In this document: positions 12,613-24,479 of the stretch, in pieces
How positions within the stretch are numbered: position 1 is the first letter of the stretch
Layout of the letters: the number at the start of each line of letters is the position of its first letter
From: Eukaryota sp. TZLM1-RC
Taxonomy: Eukaryota > Protista > Metamonada: BaSk clade
DNA length: 64,000 bases
NCBI GenBank assembly: GCA_040285825.1
Contig: JAUPSS010000013.1
Location: forward strand, 124,001-188,000
Direction: 5' to 3'
Made by a program: the position numbers and the translations under genes
Notes under the pieces: generated by a model
What the model was told of the DNA's origin: nothing
Databases searched by the model: none
Seen by the model: only the letters and a program-made list of their open reading frames with translations

Positions 12613-13881
12613 TTATTTGTAGCCCAACCTAGCTAGTTTGTATTGGTAAAAACCGTTTCTTTTCGGATCAATTTCAGCAAGCTGTTTGTAAATCTCAATT
12701 AAACTTTGGTGAACAACTTTTACATCAAAATTTTGGTATTTCTCGTGCCAAAATTCATTTAATATTGCTTTTGATAGCAAAGTCCACTTTGATAAAGGTT
12801 CAAGTTGCAAAATGTCTGATATGACAGCCATTGACACATAATAGAGCTCACAATTAGGATCATAATCTACATCTAAAACTGATTGATGAGCTTCGTTAAT
12901 TTCGAAATTTTTTGACTCTCCATTCACAGTGATCCTCAGATGATCCCCTTTTGAAATTTTGGGGCAAATATCAGTGACATAGACGAAATTTTGTCCAATA
13001 GAGAAAGCAAAAGAATTAGAATTTTCAAATTCAATAACTTTTGAGTTATTGCTTTGATTGACACATTCAACAATCAAATCACCAATCAAATCACATTCAA
13101 CTTTTCCAATTAAAATTCTGGAATTAACTAGAAAAAACTCAACATTGTTAACCCTGCCAACGGAAACTTTGCAATCAAAGTCAACGCTCGTCAAAGGCAA
13201 CTGCTGGATTAATGACCTTATATATAACCAAGCAGACTCGTCATCTGGATCACAATAAACTGCATCCTTAACCCAAAGGAATTCTTCCAAAATTGTTGGG
13301 ATTTTTGAACCAGTTTCCTTTATTTTTGACCGCAACGTAAGGCGTTGGTGCCACGTGGAGTAGTTTGATATGTTTTTTTCTGCCAGAGCTTGTGTGTATT
13401 GAAATTCTTCGAGATCGCTTCCACATGGTAATAGCCTCTTCTTACACTCTGAACACAAAAACCTTCTGTAATTCCAACAGTGGAAGTTCCGATCGTCAAG
13501 GAGGTGTAGTTTATGACAAAGGGCTAGTTCGGCTTGGAGTGGAGGATCTGGCATGTGTGAGATAACCCAACGGCGGTGGTTCCATACAGCATACAGTTTA
13601 GGGTTTTTGGATATGCATTGTTGAGTTAGTGAAAGTTCAGCAGTGAAATTTGGAGGAAAAGATGTGTCTATAAGAGAAAGAAGAAATTCACGACGGTAGT
13701 TCCATGCAGTGTAGACCTCAGGGTTAAATACTAGTATAGGTGTTGTTAATTTGAAAGTAGTCTCGTCTAGAGTGTGTCGATTAGCAATGAATGTATCCAT
13801 GTTGTGACGGAATGACGAGATCGCATCATGTTGCTCTTTAAGTTCTACATCTGATAGAACGCGCTTCTTTATCCCATGCAT
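12613..13881 (-). CDS. RABGGTA: Rab geranylgeranyltransferase alpha subunit
   Basis: Conserved start MHGIKK (ATG at 13881). PPTA repeats NPEVYTAWNYRR, NPKLYAVWNHRRW, DDRNFHCWNYRR, NISNYSTWHQR, DPDDESAWLY. C-terminal IDPKRNGFY. Confidence 0.92.
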   Translation of the reverse strand: MHGIKKRVLSDVELKEQHDAISSFRHNMDTFIANRHTLDETTFKLTTPILVFNPEVYTAWNYRREFLLSLIDTSFPPNFTAELSLTQQCISKNPKLYAVWNHRRWVISHMPDPPLQAELALCHKLHLLDDRNFHCWNYRRFLCSECKKRLLPCGSDLEEFQYTQALAEKNISNYSTWHQRLTLRSKIKETGSKIPTILEEFLWVKDAVYCDPDDESAWLYIRSLIQQLPLTSVDFDCKVSVGRVNNVEFFLVNSRILIGKVECDLIGDLIVECVNQSNNSKVIEFENSNSFAFSIGQNFVYVTDICPKISKGDHLRITVNGESKNFEINEAHQSVLDVDYDPNCELYYVSMAVISDILQLEPLSKWTLLSKAILNEFWHEKYQNFDVKVVHQSLIEIYKQLAEIDPKRNGFYQYKLARLGYK

Positions 13882-14155
13882 TTGGAGGATTGATGATTTG
13901 GAAGTTTGGTGATTTGATTCCACTTTATCATTTGATTCAAACTGTTTCTTCTGGAATCTACACATTAACTCTAGATGATATCAAGTATGAAGATAGGACC
14001 CACACTCATCTAGTCATGAAACCATAGGAGTAGTGTGCATAAGGTGTTCAATTGTACTGTTTTCAGCTTGCTATAAAACAGCAAGTTCAACATCTTGATC
14101 CAAACAATCTTCATAATATACCTACTAATGATTTCAATATTCCTGCTCATCACCA

Positions 14156-15064
14156 ATGGCACAGGAGGGGATCCACAGCTTCTCTCTTTCGTCGGAGCCT
14201 AATGTCCTTATCTGTGCTACACTAAATTATGTGGAGCATTTCATTACACCTTTCTTAAAAGTTATCAAAGATAATGAAGTTGCCAAAACAGTAAATTTTG
14301 AGTGTCACTTCGCCTCATTAAGTCATGCATTTTGCGACTCTGTTGATGATCACATAATAGGAGGATTGCTTGCCAATGGACGTCTTATTATGTTTAAGCT
14401 ATCATCTCTTCTAAGTAATCATCCTGTCCCATTTTTTCAAGATCAGCATTCCCCAACTACTGTCATGACAATGCTCACTGATTCTACGTTGGTGACTGCC
14501 CTCTCAAATATCATTACAATTCATTCCACACCCTTGTCAACCATGACACTAAAAAGAGGTACTGTTCATTCAATTCATCCTCTCTCACCATTCATTCCTC
14601 ATCTCTTTGCCACTATCACTGTCATTTCGTCCAGTTGTTTCACATGCACTATAATTGATGCAGTAAGACTCAAACGATTGATAGAACTAAAACTACCATC
14701 AATACCAGTATGTATTGCATTTTGCCAAGTTAAGCCTACTGTGTTGGCAATCTCAGTATCATCCAAAAAAGTTTTATTATATTCTTTCAGATTCTCTACA
14801 AAGTCACCCATATTAAGTCTCTCTTCCACTACTACTGTTACCTCTCTCTGTTGGGACGGTGTCTCTCTACTGTATCTCGGTGATGGTCATGGAATGCTTT
14901 ACTGCTGTAGTTTGCTATGGGATAATTTAGGAAAGGTTGAAAAAACGAAGATTAGATTGATTGGGAAGAGTGATTACCCGGTGACTGGCATTTCGAAGGT
15001 TTTTGACCCTCCAGGATTGATTGTTTCCAGTTTGTTTGATGTGGAGTTTTTCAGTTTTGAATGA
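14156..15064 (+). CDS. WD40-like beta-propeller protein
   Basis: Repeated beta-rich blades (PVCIAFCQVKPTVLAI, VTSLCWDGVSLLYLGDGHGML, DYPVTGI). Confidence 0.55.
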   Translation: MAQEGIHSFSLSSEPNVLICATLNYVEHFITPFLKVIKDNEVAKTVNFECHFASLSHAFCDSVDDHIIGGLLANGRLIMFKLSSLLSNHPVPFFQDQHSPTTVMTMLTDSTLVTALSNIITIHSTPLSTMTLKRGTVHSIHPLSPFIPHLFATITVISSSCFTCTIIDAVRLKRLIELKLPSIPVCIAFCQVKPTVLAISVSSKKVLLYSFRFSTKSPILSLSSTTTVTSLCWDGVSLLYLGDGHGMLYCCSLLWDNLGKVEKTKIRLIGKSDYPVTGISKVFDPPGLIVSSLFDVEFFSFE

Positions 15065-16952
15065 TACTTTACTTAGATAAATTTTGAATTATTTTTTAGA
15101 TTTTGATGAATTCTTAATATATAACTTTACTCAATTTTATTTTTCAACAATAATGAATTTTTTCATTTGAACTGTTCACGATAGAATTAACTTTACCTCC
15201 CCTTATGTTCACTGTTTGCAACATAATTTCTACCTTAGTTACCATGGAGCAACAGGAAAACAAGAAAAAATTAGATTATTGTAAAGAATGTCATTTATCT
15301 AAACAAAGTCAGATCTCAATTTAGAGCTAGATATGATGACCAATTGTGAGAATTAACAACTTGAGTAATGTATAGAAATCTTTGAAATAGTTCAACATGT
15401 CCAGAAAACCCAATTTTCTCCAAACATTATCTACTTATTCCCCTTTCCGATAGTTAATACAGTAATTAAAGTTATATTATATTTCTTTTCCAGAATTGAT
15501 GGAATCAGAAGATTGTAAACCATTTTTATCCGTTTTTTGACAGAAGCTTTCCTCAGATTTTAATGGTTTAACTATCCTATCTGAGATTCATTCTTTTATG
15601 TAAAAAATTTATAACGTTCCAATCCACAAAACTTTCTTTCAATAACTCGTCAATAGTCAATAAACGTGAGTTAAAACTGGCAGTCTGAAAGAATAAACAA
15701 TAAGTATAGAGATTTATTGGTAGAGTAGCTTTGGGATTCCTTGATCTCCGTACATTGTCATCATGAGATATGTAGCCTTTCGAACTAGTAGAATTTCTGT
15801 TTTGATTGACACCTTTATCAGTTGTTTTTATAAATAAACAATGAACATACCTTGTTTATTTCAACATACTTTGGTTCATTACAAACTTCAATTCAGAATT
15901 GTACAAGAAGAACAAGAAATATTTTCCAAAATTGTAGCATTATTATAAACCTGTTAATAACGTTCCCCAGTTCCCTTAAATAAACCTTTATTTTCATTGT
16001 TAATATGTGTTTTAATGAAATAGAACACTTAATAAAATTTAATCAGAACTAGTGGGACAAAATTCAGTAAACCAAGATTTCCTCTACAAAATCCTAATCT
16101 CCATGTTTGCCAATCATTGCTCCTCTAATTAGTTGAAAGAACTGAGGTAATCTATTTTTTTAATCTTTTTCCACATCAATTTTTGAAATTGTTTCTATCT
16201 ATTTGAAAGAACAAATTACTGAAACCAAGAATTGTGATGACATCATGACGATATTGACAAAAAATAACTGAACTCTGTCTAATATATCTTAATGTTCTGT
16301 TAGCTTTTTGAGAAATTCATATAGAGAAGATAGAAAAATACGTCTTAGTGTGTAAGAGTGAATAACAAATATTGATGATAAAACAAAAATTAATTGTATC
16401 TTCATTCATCATAGAGTCCACCAGTAATCCAAGACAAATTTCTCCTAATGTTCTCATTATCGGAACTGTTCTTGACAGGAGGTATTGTTTAAGATGTTCA
16501 TTCTATAAACCGAAAAGTTTAAATTTTTGAGAAATTAATTCTATTCAATGTTAGGAATTAGTTATAATTTTGAATAATTGGCTTATAACTAAGAACAACG
16601 ATAACACAGTTATGGGAATACCAGGATAATTTGTACAATCCTGATTTTAAAAAAGAAATTGTTTTTGAAAGAGCAGAAAATGTTGAACACTCATTTTAGA
16701 ATGTGGAAATTAAAACAACCAATTAAAAAAATAATTAAAATTCAAAACACCAATTGCATCGGGTTTAATTTAGTTAATGTCACATTGTGTTATAAGGCTA
16801 AGGCGTTTGATAAAAAGAACTGGCTAGGATTCAAATTTAATTAATTTATACATGTCAAGTGAAATTGGTCATAAAGCAGAAAAAAGAAAGAGAATATAAT
16901 ACAAATATTTAAATAAAAGAATGAACAATTACTTAAACTTTCACTTAAACTT

Positions 16953-18143
16953 TCACTTCTTCTTTTTTGATCCCTTCTTTCCTTTTGCTTTCCCCTTCTT
17001 ACCTTTCTTTCCTTTCTTACCTTTCTTTTTCTTTTTCTTACCACTCTCCTTGTACTTTTTCCAGGCATTTCCAATCTTTTTGACCGCCCATTTTGACCTA
17101 AACGCAAATACCAACTCCTTCATCTCCTCCCACTCCTTCCTTTCCTCTTCCTTCCTTCTCTCTTCCTCCAATCTCCGCTGTTCTTCTTCTTCCCTCACCA
17201 TAAGCTTCTCCAACTGACTCAGCTCATCATCATACATTCCCTGCAGAGCTTCCATTTCCTCATCCATTCGTTTCACATCCCTGTCGTACTTTGTGGCCCA
17301 TTGCGATGCTTCTTGAGTAAACTTATCAGTATGAACCTTTAAAATCTCAACAGTTTTACTATTGACTCTGTCTTCAAGCTGAACTTTTGCTCTCAACTCT
17401 TCAATTTCTTTTTCTAAAGTATCCAACTCTTTTTTATTTAATAATTTTTTCGTATTAGTTTCAGCCTCGTACTCCAGCCTAGTCAGCGGAACTTCCAGAG
17501 ACAAAGACTGTTGAAGACTGGAAAGCTTGGTTTTTAACTGATCAATCTCATTGTCGAAATTTTTGATTGCTTCATCATGGGCAACTTTGTCGTCATCAAT
17601 TTCCTTTTCTAACCGTCTTTTGACTTCACAAGACTCAATGTACCTTGCTTGACTCTCATGGAGCCTATCACTCCTGGCCTTCTCTTCAGATACATGAGTG
17701 TATAGCACCGAAAAGGAATCTTCGCGAAGGTCTTCAAGAGTCCGGTTGAAAAGTGAAATAAGTGAACTTCGCTCGTGATGTATCGTCATGAGATGGTCTG
17801 CCATGTGGGGATTATCCGTGAGAGCCTCGGAAAGAAGTGTGGCGGTCTGCCGGAGATCCTTAGCGACGGTATGGATGGCTTCTTCTTTCTCCTCAAGTAG
17901 AGCCTTGTCTGCCTTTGCCATGAGGTTAGCACGATCGAGGAGGAGTTCTTGGTAGCGTTTTTCAAGTTCTTTTTGGTGAGACATGGTTTTAGCAATTTCG
18001 GCACCAATCATAGATGTAAGCTGGTCCCGTTGGGTCATTGCATCAGGAGTAACTGCAGAAAGAAAACCAATCTTTTCAATGACCTCCGAAACAATAGCAG
18101 ACAAAGCTTGTGCATGGGTAGGTGAAACAGAGGTAAGGGCCAT
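16953..18143 (-). CDS. DRC9: Dynein regulatory complex subunit 9 (IQCG)
   Basis: EKIGFLSAVTPD...EIAK...QKELEKRYQEL...LTDNP pattern, long coiled coil, degenerate IQ motif (AVKKIGNAWKKY) and GKK-rich tail. Confidence 0.75.
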   Translation of the reverse strand: MALTSVSPTHAQALSAIVSEVIEKIGFLSAVTPDAMTQRDQLTSMIGAEIAKTMSHQKELEKRYQELLLDRANLMAKADKALLEEKEEAIHTVAKDLRQTATLLSEALTDNPHMADHLMTIHHERSSLISLFNRTLEDLREDSFSVLYTHVSEEKARSDRLHESQARYIESCEVKRRLEKEIDDDKVAHDEAIKNFDNEIDQLKTKLSSLQQSLSLEVPLTRLEYEAETNTKKLLNKKELDTLEKEIEELRAKVQLEDRVNSKTVEILKVHTDKFTQEASQWATKYDRDVKRMDEEMEALQGMYDDELSQLEKLMVREEEEQRRLEEERRKEEERKEWEEMKELVFAFRSKWAVKKIGNAWKKYKESGKKKKKKGKKGKKGKKGKAKGKKGSKKKK

Positions 18144-18239
18144 GTTGTGATGACAATCTCAGAGAGGGTGAGAGGATACTAAATTTCATTCGACGAATTA
18201 GTGGGCAGATGTTTATAAATCTTTAAGAATCATAAGGAA

Positions 18240-19090
18240 CATTATACATATTTTATTTATTTCTTCAATAATTTTGGGAACATTCCCAAGCCAGCAGCAT
18301 ATGAAACTAAATGCATCTGAGGAATAGTTTACAAAAGGAATTTCAACATTATGAAAGGTTAAACTATCTTATTATCGAGATTAAGCAAAAGACCAATATT
18401 TCTGTCAAGAAGTGAAGCTTCAGAAGCAATTTCATTCAAAACAATTAAACGACCAATAATCGAGATATCATCCATATATCCTACCATTTGCAACATTGGA
18501 TAAAGTTTATCGAAATGAATCAAAGACTTGTGAATTGCTAAACAGAACAGTAATGGCCCAAGAGGATCACCTTGTTTAACTCCAGAAGATGATAATAAAG
18601 TATAAGATTCATAAATTAGTTCACTGGTTTTGCCTTAAAATAAATAAAAATGGCTGGTTAATTCTGAAAATTCTTTTTGAAAAGCATCATAAACAGCGCT
18701 TCGATGTACAGCATTGAAAGCATTTTCAAAATCTAAATAAAAAATATAATTCTGACTATTGGAATTGAAAAATCAATCAGAAGTCAAGGCAGCAACTGAA
18801 GCACCACCATTTGTTTTAATTCCAAATTGGAACCGTGCTAACAATTTTGCAGCTTTTGTAGCAGAACGATTGAAAGCAATTGATTCAAGGACGAGTGATT
18901 GATTCGGCGAGGGCAATTGAAACGAATTTCATCTGGCATTGTTTTAACTCCATGTTTCACCAAGGCAATCAAGCAAGCAGCGGGTAAGTCAGACGGAGGA
19001 GTGCTACTGAGTCAAACAAATTTTTGAAAAAATTCTGTATGAGCATTACAAATTTCCGGGACTTTTCCACGAGCGGATTTCTAAAAATTC
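18240..19090 (-). mobile_element. CRE-type reverse transcriptase remnant
   Basis: Minus strand reads QFGIKTNGGASVAA...LDFENAFN...SGVKQGDPLGPLLF...GYMDDISIIG, with stops. Confidence 0.85.
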
Positions 19091-19440
19091 CATTAGTAAA
19101 TCAATTAAATTAATTCAATTGGTATTAGGTCCTTCAAAATATAAGGGCCCCTTGTCTATTTTTGAAAAAACCAAAATTGATAAACCAAAATCTAAAGCAA
19201 AGTTGCTATCCTTGAATACCGAATCGCATACTCATTATTTCACTTATATTGCTTAAATCACTTGCTTTATCTATCATGGATGATTTTGTTGAAATTATGA
19301 AACAACATACAGGAAAAATTAGTGACAATTTGTTTCGGCAGAACAGAATTGTGTTTTCAATTGTTAAAAGTGTTGTCCCCCTATTTTCTTCTGCTTTATT
19401 ATCTTTTGGTAGTTTTTGAGATGAAAGGTAGTTTTTGACT

Positions 19441-20340
19441 TTTGCAAAATTGCAGAAAAAACTTGGATTATATTGTACATCTTAGCTTGGCTAAAGAAAA
19501 AAATCCCGTTTTTGCAAACTTTTTGATCGATCTTGAAGACAGTTGCTCAAGTTGCCTAATCTCCCAAATTCCCAACATTTATGGCCTTCTACTCAATGAT
19601 CACCAATGGACCACTGCAATGAGATTGAGATGTTTTCCATGGCCTTGTTCTTCACCAAATGAATTAATTTGTCGCTACAAGAGTGTTGTTATGCTTTCCC
19701 ATATTTTAAACTGTAAGTATTTTATAACTTATCGCTCCATTGTTCATGACTCAGTTCGTGATCAATTATATGCCATGTGCAACAGTTTCAATATAGAGGC
19801 ATTTATAGAACCATTAGTACGTAAGCTATCTCCAGATCGAACTGATGATTCCTTTAATGAAAGAAGGGCCGATTTAGTAGCTCCAGGGATCGATGGTGTT
19901 CTCAATGTTGTGGATGTTGTCTCAGTAGATGTCTGCAAAAATTCTGCTGCTCGTTTGGTGTATTCTAGCTATCTAACGCCGAAAAAACGAAAACACAAAA
20001 ATATGAAGAACCTTTGGCACAGTTAGGTAGAGTCGAACATTTGAAATATCTGTTTGTGCCGTTTGCAATTTCTCTTTTTGGCAATATTGGAGCTTCAGGG
20101 TTGCACTTTCTTGAAAACTTCAAAAAAGTGTTACTGAATAGGTCTGGTTAAACAATGAATTCCATTTTCTGGTTAAATAGAATTGTTTTTTTTTATTTTC
20201 AAGTCTATTCCAACAATGATTTAAAAAGCACTTTTAGCTATTGGTGTAGAATATAAACGTAATGCTGTGAGTAGGTTTAGTTATAGTGAAGCTTGTTTGG
20301 AGGATATTGAATTCTAGATAGATTTTTTTTTCTCAATATA
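19441..20340 (+). mobile_element. CRE-type family A' 3' fragment (inverted copy of 11076-11985)
   Basis: Same RLE text (HDSVRDQLYAMC, RRADLVAPGIDG, LEDIEF*) as the minus-strand copy. Confidence 0.85.
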
Positions 20341-20699
20341 TTTTCTAGTTAAAAAAATATTTCCCCAATGTGGAGTCCATGGATTTTTTAGGTAGAGCTT
20401 GTCAAACAAAAAGTATTGCATCATCACTGCCACGTCAACCCTCAGTCAGTAAAGGATTTTACTTTGTGTGTCGCCTTTTTAGGTAGCGGACAAACTTTTT
20501 TCATTTTTTGAAGAGTTTCTGCTAATATTTTGTTTTAAAATACAGTGACAAATGTTAAACAAGGATATTGGTGTCAATTCAAAGATTCTGAAAGTCAAAT
20601 CTGTTCATTTCAAATGCAAATAGAATTGGACTTAGTAACTGCAAATATTTGATCACAATTTGTGCTTCAAAATGTACATTTTTGAAAAAGGTTTCACGT

Positions 20700-23500
20700 A
20701 TTAATGATTAAATAATCATAATTTAAGTTGACTGTTGACGTGTTGGTAATTATTATATGGTTATTTATTTCGTTTTTCAAAATTTTTTGGATCAATTATG
20801 TAAAGGAAAGTATGCTATCAATATTATTTGGGAATTTTTTGGTTCTTTTTGTCCTCCTTTTGAACAAAATTTCGTAAATAATTCCGAAGATTGAACTAAT
20901 ATAGCACGGAGAAATCAGTCATCCCAGAAATTAAGTAAAATTTTTGAAGACAAATGCTTTGACAACAAATGGTCCAAGGCTTGTCAGCTTTAAGTCCCGG
21001 AGTTAAAGCACCCAACAATGAAAATACAATAGATAAACTAAAAATACTTCATCCTTATGAAGACCCTATAATGGATCAAAATTTTTACGGAACTTACTGG
21101 GAAAATTATCCATTGATGCCATCAGAAGTTTTTTCGGTGATGAAAAAGAAACCACGCGGTAAGTCTGCCGGACTTTCTGGTATTACGATTGATCATGTAA
21201 AAGCCGCAATTATTTCTTCAGAGGATTGTCTTGGCTTATTAACCAAATTTTTCAACAAAATATTGTCTAGTCAACTCAAATACCCAGAAGAATTAAGAAG
21301 TTCTCGTTTTACTGCACTTGTCAAAAATTCAAAAATGGATGTTCGTCCTATTGCAGTCTCTGAGAGCTTACATAATATTTTTTCTGCGTGTTGCTTGAGC
21401 AGGTTCAATGAGAAAGCAAGAAAAATTTTATTACCCTTTCAATATGGTATTAACACCACAGATGGAGTCTCTTCAGCGATATTTGCTACTGATGTTTTAT
21501 TTCGCCAAAATGAATCCAATGTTTGTATGTCATTGGATTTTAGTAATGCTTTCAATTCACAAAATTCAAAGTCGTCGCAGTATCCATGGTGCTCTATTGC
21601 AATATATGCCGGAATTGGTACCGTATTTTTAATCAACATATTGCACATATCCTAATTTACATTTTGGTAATAATATTTTGAGTTCATTAAGTGGTGTAAA
21701 GCAAAGAGATCCGTTAGGACCCCTTTTGTTTTGTTTTGGCCATTCATCCTATTTTACTGCAAATTCAAGAGATGTTTCCTTCACTAAAAATGATTGCAAA
21801 TATGGATGATGTTGTGCTTATTGGTGATTTAAATATTGTGAAACAAGCAACTGTATGTTTTAAAGAATTATTTACCAAAATTGCTCTCTGACTTAATTTA
21901 CTTAAATGTGTTTTGTTATCGAGTTCTCCAGTTTCCACAATAGTTGATGGTATTGAAATTCAAGCCAAATTATATTCAATTGATGCTATTCGTCATTTGG
22001 GTTCGTTTTGAGGAAATAATGATGAAATTACCAAAAAATTGTTGGAAAAGTTGAACTCAATTTCTGACAAAATTGACCGAATGATGAATTTAGATATAAA
22101 AAACACATCAAATTTACCATTATAAGACTGTGTTTTAGTTCCAATTTTAATCATATATTTCGATCTACAAATCCTCTCGTCACTAGACCTTTGGCTCAGA
22201 AGTTTAATGAATTACGTGCAAAAGTTCTGTTTCAATTACTGGGATGTAAAATGCTCCAAATTCCAAATCATGCTTACCTTAGTCCACATTATGGCGGTTT
22301 AGGTTGAACGAAGGCTTCTATTCTTACTTCGTGTGCTTTTGTTGGTGAATGCAGAAATGCAATCTTTGAGTTTTCCGAAAGATTTGCAGATTGGGAAGAT
22401 TTATTGATGACAACGCAAAGTTCCACTGTTTTGGCATTAAATGAAGAAATTTCAAAAATTGATGCAGAAAAAAGGAGTCGATGCTTTCCCCAATCATTCA
22501 ATGGCATTATTCCAGAAAGCAATGTTTTAAATTTAAAATACACTCTTCGAACATTAAAGAAACGATTGACTGGAACGTATGAAAATGATCTTTATAATAA
22601 TATATGCAGCGCGGTTGTTTTAAATCAAGATCTTCACTCATTGTTATTGGAAAAGGGTGTTTGTGAAAATAGGCCATCAGATTCTTCACTTTTTGTAACC
22701 ATTGTACCACGAAGATGTGGTCTGTGTGCCACTAATGAAGCATTTGTAACAAAAATGAGATTATGTTTGAATATCCCCATTGATCAATTATTATCAAAAG
22801 AAAAATGTATTTGTTCGAATTCACCTCAACTCACTTTGCGCCATGCTCTGAATTGTTCTAAATTGATAACTTATCGTACTTCATTACATGATGCTGTTAG
22901 AGACACTGTTTTCAATATGGCACAAACTGGAAGAATATCGTGTATCAAAGAGCCTCTGCCTAAGGAAACACTTTCTCTGAATAATTTTGGTTTTGATGAT
23001 AGAGGTGATGTATACTGTGATTGGATTGATAATTCTGAAGCTATTGTTGACTTTGTCTCATGTAATGTTGCAAATGATACTTTGGTTCACAGAAGAAAAC
23101 TTAATCCTGTGACTGCTCTTGATTTTAATGCAAAAGAGAAACATAGAAAATATGATAAAGATATTGAAGAGGCTAATGCCGATAGAAATACACAGCTGGT
23201 TTTTATTGCTTTCCCATTTTCGATAAATGGAAGATTTTCAGATACAGCAGAAACTTTTTTGAATGACTTCCAAAAAATGGTTCAAGAACAAACAATGAAA
23301 AGATTTGATATATTTTTATGGCGTTCACGGATTCAATGTGCCATTATTAATAGATTACCTCGGTTTTTCAATCGAATAAGAGAAGCTTTAGCTAGACAGC
23401 AAGCAGATCAAGATTTTGTAGAGGAAATCTTGGTTCAATGATAGTCGTCCCATTAGTTATGAGTTAATTTAATTAAGTGTGCATGTTCAATAAAAAAAAC
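20700..23500 (+). mobile_element. CRE-type family B, near full length, frameshifted (C-terminus ...DFVEEILVQ)
   Basis: KSAGLSG, VRPIAVSE, QYGI, LDFSNAFN, GVKQRDPLGP, NMDD, CIC...H...C, HDAVRD, DRGD; ends in AATAAAAAAAAA. The 5' boundary is approximate. Confidence 0.88.
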
Positions 23501-23547
23501 ATTTTGCTGTTAGTATATTATTTTTTATTTTCAATATTTTACTTTTT

Positions 23548-23950
23548 TTATTGTTCAATGATATAAGAATGATGATAAGATATTAATTCAAAAATCAAGA
23601 CTTCGTTTCCTTTTTTGTCTGCCATCCTTGTGACAAGAATAAGGTCATGTCTTCTTGCTGTCAAAACCATGGGAAAACTTACATAATGATTTGAGTAATA
23701 AGGTAAATCGCAGTGAACATCATAATGATCTAGGAAAGGAAGTAAGAGCTTAACAAAACTATTTAAAATTGAATTATGTCTCCATTTAGGTCTATTGTAT
23801 TTTTCGAGAGTTGGATAGCTGAAACAACTGCATATAATGTCACACAACGTAGCAGGTCCTGATCGAGAAAATGAACACACTGGAGACAATAGCTTTGATT
23901 TATCCGGCATTTCCCATAAACTTTCTATTGGTAAACTTTTACTCATAATT
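23548..23950 (-). pseudogene. RLE endonuclease fragment of a different non-LTR lineage (WRHN type)
   Basis: C...TLCDIICSC...KWRHNSIL...RRHDLIL...LIFEL corresponds to the CCHC/RHN/PD...E arrangement, and differs from the HDxVRD signature of the CRE families. Confidence 0.6.
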
Positions 23951-24479
23951 ATTATATGTGTGAAACATAAAGTTGATTTATTTGATATAACAGTTTGGTC
24001 ACTTATTAATACAACAACAGAGTCCATGTCAGTAACCAATTGGATTGCAGGAAACGTGAGTTCAAGTTGTATCAACAATGGATAAATGGCGGTACAAAAG
24101 TTGAAGTGGTCAAACATTCGATGGTTCATGTTCTTTTAACATTTACTAGAATTTTATGTAGTTTTCTCATTGTATGATGTTGGTTGAAAAAACTTTCACC
24201 TGTGAATGTTGTCAGTTTTGCTCTTTTCTGCCATAAAAACGCAAGAACCCCCATTAAAAAAAATTTAACATGATAATGAAGAAGGATGTCAAAAATGTTT
24301 TCGGATGGCAGTTTTGAAAAAACAATACAAGATATAAAACAAAATAAAAGTTTATTTGAAATTTTGTACAATCTTGACAATTCAAAAAATTAAAAAAATA
24401 TAGGCGACTGTAAACGTCTCTTTTTGTACTGTAATTTGTAGACTTAATCTAAAAAGCTCACTAAAGCTCACCTGCAGTT

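Noticed and set aside
24431-24477. Possible intron upstream of the kinase ATG (GTAATT...CTCACCTGCAG)
   Set aside because: No supportable upstream exon; cannot be validated without RNA data
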